NCBI RefSeq assembly: GCF_040938485.1
Contig: NW_027270907.1
Location: 1,364,001 to 1,428,000 of the forward strand
Length of the DNA: 64,000 bases
Reading direction: 5' to 3'
DNA from: Diadema antillarum
Lineage: Eukaryota
Below the pieces are notes generated by a model that saw only the letters and a program-made list of their open reading frames with translations, did no database searches and was not told where the DNA came from. The position numbers and the translations under genes are program-made. The first letter of the stretch is position 1. Every line of letters starts with the position of its first letter. Shown in pieces: positions 61,567 through 64,000 of this stretch.

Positions 61567-63301
61567 TATAACTGGAATAAGATGCGCTGTACGACAGTTT
61601 GGTCTTCAGATTTGGCATTGGTCTTTCTCAATGAAAGTGTCCTCAGTCCGGGAGAAATTACAAGGTGCATGTCGAACCAGCTTTCTACCACATTGCGTTG
61701 GAAGTCTGGTGGCTCTGCCGGAAGATTTATAAGACTTTCCTTCATCTCTAAACGCCTCGTAAACAGCTCTTGGTTAGTGACAACAACCCTCCTCGCCTAA
61801 ATAACTTTTGTGCTGAGGTAACGTATGACATGATCTTCTCTACTTCATTCGTTGATTCTCGTTTTTTAATCTAAATCATTCTGCTTCATATTCTCCTAAA
61901 ACCTTTTTAAATGTATCATCTTTTACATTTGTACTCTACTTGGATAATAAGCTTGCGTCAGATTTTCATTGGTTTCATGACAATAAAAACAAGCTACCGT
62001 TCGTTAAATTTCCTGATATACATGTAGTTTCGACTCACCAAACCAATTAGTGAGGAAATGTTTAAATCTATGTGAAACACACCAACAAAACATTACCTCA
62101 TATAAATATCATGATTTACATGCATATAAATATTATATAAAACCCGCTATTCCTGGCCTTGTGCCTGATATGCCTAATACTATCTTGTTGGGGGAATCTT
62201 CACTATGTTTTCATATTATCTGTTTTCACACTAAAGATAAAAATTCAAATCCAAATGATATTATGCAAAAAAAAAACCCGAGAGTTTAATCCCTTGTGTC
62301 TTAAATCTGATTGTGGCATTCTTGAGAAAGAAATAAAACTATATTCCCTCACATGTGCCATTTTTAAGCACACCAAAAGTACGTATCTCATCAACCTTTT
62401 TTTTTTCTTCCGTTTTGTTTTTCGTCCCTGCCATACTTCCCGTTATGTCATGGATAGTTCAAGAGGGCCTACACTTCTAGGGACACATAATACGAACTGT
62501 AAAAGCTTCTTTGAAAGAGTCCCAGGACGACGGTAACCCATTAGACAAAGTTGTAGAAAACTTCAGATGCAGAAGCAAATGCTTCCCCTTTAAAAAAAAA
62601 ATCCCCTTAAGAAATAAAAAGACACTTTGTTTCCATAATATGCTGATGTTTGAGACATCTCAGATCCACTAAACATTCATTTCATTTATTTTTTTCACAT
62701 TCTTTAAATTACATGATCTGAAGTCAATTTTCAGTGTATTTTAGGGCACAGAATGTGGTGGGCTTGTTTTACCATACAAGGAACATGACACAGAGCAATT
62801 GCTACGCTTTGTATATGGAATACTTGACATAACCGATATGAAATTGAATACATTTCATCATGTTCATTTTGGTAATGTTTTTTTTTTCTTTCTATCTCAA
62901 CGAAATAGAATAGAGAGGTATCCACGTATCCCACGTCTTTTAGCTTTACATTATACTGGGCCTTGTTTTGCCACATATATTTTCTGAGTACTTTCGTTAC
63001 AACATAATTATTTTGATATTTCATCAACAAAAAGGAATTTGGGTTGATTTTCTTAGTCAAGCGGTGTTCACATGTATAATTGTCCATTTCAGTTAGAACT
63101 CTTGTGAAACGCCTTTTGAATCCAAACCCACATCAGCCCACTGGTAGTCGTACTGATGAACTTCATCATCCGCATCAGACAACCAATCCCACAAAAAACA
63201 AACAAACAGACAAACACCAAGTTGAATGTTCAACCTATTCTAATACTTGCACACAATTCCTTGCCTTATTTTGTCTCCCCAGATTAAAGAAAAAGAAGAA
63301 G

Positions 63302-63333
<32 letters not shown>

Positions 63334-63400
63334 GAAGAAGAAAAAGAAAGATATCAGTGAACTTCTTCATGGTCAGTAGCAGTAGACCGAGCATGGCTTC
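59390..63400. repeat. Upstream flank of copy 7, paralogous to 43840-45178 / 46720-51670 (copy 6 flank)
   Basis: Collinear blocks, e.g. 59410-59880 vs 46730-47200, 60620-61030 vs 48035-48470, 61570-62050 vs 49960-50440 and 63050-63290 vs 51360-51610. Confidence 0.85.
63289..63345. repeat. (GAA)n microsatellite about 50 bp upstream of the copy 7 ATG
   Basis: Directly visible. Copy 6 has only a short A-rich tract at the homologous site. Confidence 0.95.
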
Positions 63401-64000
63401 ACTGGATGTAGGCCTATTGGTCATTTTCATCACCTTGAGAATTACGCCTTGCACAATGTCTGCTCAGAACTCGACATCCATCAACTATCCAGAAGGAGAA
63501 ACAGCTCCGACACCGGCAGTTCATGTCACATCTCAAAATTTGACAGCCACATCAGGGAACGGTCTAGGAACTGCAGTTTACCAATGGACAACGTTTGTTG
63601 CAGAGTTGGAAACTAATATACTGTCGCTGGGGGCCGAGAATGCACGTTTGTCTTACACGCCCGGAGAGGATCAGACCGATACAACGCATTATGTTGACAT
63701 TAGATCACAGCGGAGCAGTGAAACTCATACCACACCTTTTATCGACGCTGATTGGGTGTGGCAGCCGATCACGTGGTCATTGCGAAATGGAATACAAGCT
63801 TTCCTCTCCGTCCTCGGTATTGGCGGGAATGCGCTTGTCTTGGCGGTTCTCTTACGTCGAGGTGTGGGAAGAAGCTCCGCTGACACTCTCGTCGGGAATC
63901 TTGCCGCAGCGGACTTTCTCACGTCCGTCTTCATATTCCCGATCCCGATAGCTGTTCGCGTCCCAAAAACGGTCATTACTGAAATGTACTGTCGTTTTGT
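63393..64000 (+). CDS. Class A GPCR copy 7, partial (runs off the window in TM3), closest to copy 6
   Basis: Hand translation from ATG 63393 gives MASLDVGLLVIFITLRITPCTMSAQNSTS...DWVWQPITWSLR...GNALV...NLAAADF...EMYCRF with no stop to the window end. It is absent from the ORF track, presumably because no stop is reached. Confidence 0.88.
   Translation, partial: MASLDVGLLVIFITLRITPCTMSAQNSTSINYPEGETAPTPAVHVTSQNLTATSGNGLGTAVYQWTTFVAELETNILSLGAENARLSYTPGEDQTDTTHYVDIRSQRSSETHTTPFIDADWVWQPITWSLRNGIQAFLSVLGIGGNALVLAVLLRRGVGRSSADTLVGNLAAADFLTSVFIFPIPIAVRVPKTVITEMYCRF

Overview
Eukaryotic, AT-rich, gapped scaffold (three N-gaps). It is probably an echinoderm such as a sea urchin; this is inferred from the repeat families and a Deu-type SINE, not proven. 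The backbone is a head-to-tail tandem array of seven intronless, + strand class A (rhodopsin-like) GPCR genes: six complete (440-446 aa from the conserved ATG) and a seventh cut by the window end. All carry a predicted cleavable signal peptide, a Thr/Ser-rich ectodomain and an invariant W(V/M)WQPITWSLR motif before TM1. The copies look mosaic (patchwise exchange) and differ at key activation motifs. The duplicated unit includes several kb of upstream flank that may hold a decayed antisense gene. Spacers are filled with mobile DNA: a three-level nested Harbinger/Harbinger/pogo-like MITE foldback just after the stop of copy 3, a second Harbinger derivative, a tRNA-head Deu SINE, CR1/L2-group LINE fragments, a Crypton remnant, and Penelope-like termini with hammerhead-ribozyme-like cores. 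There are no rRNA genes, functional tRNA genes or CRISPR arrays. All family assignments come from motif reading by eye; no database search was run.
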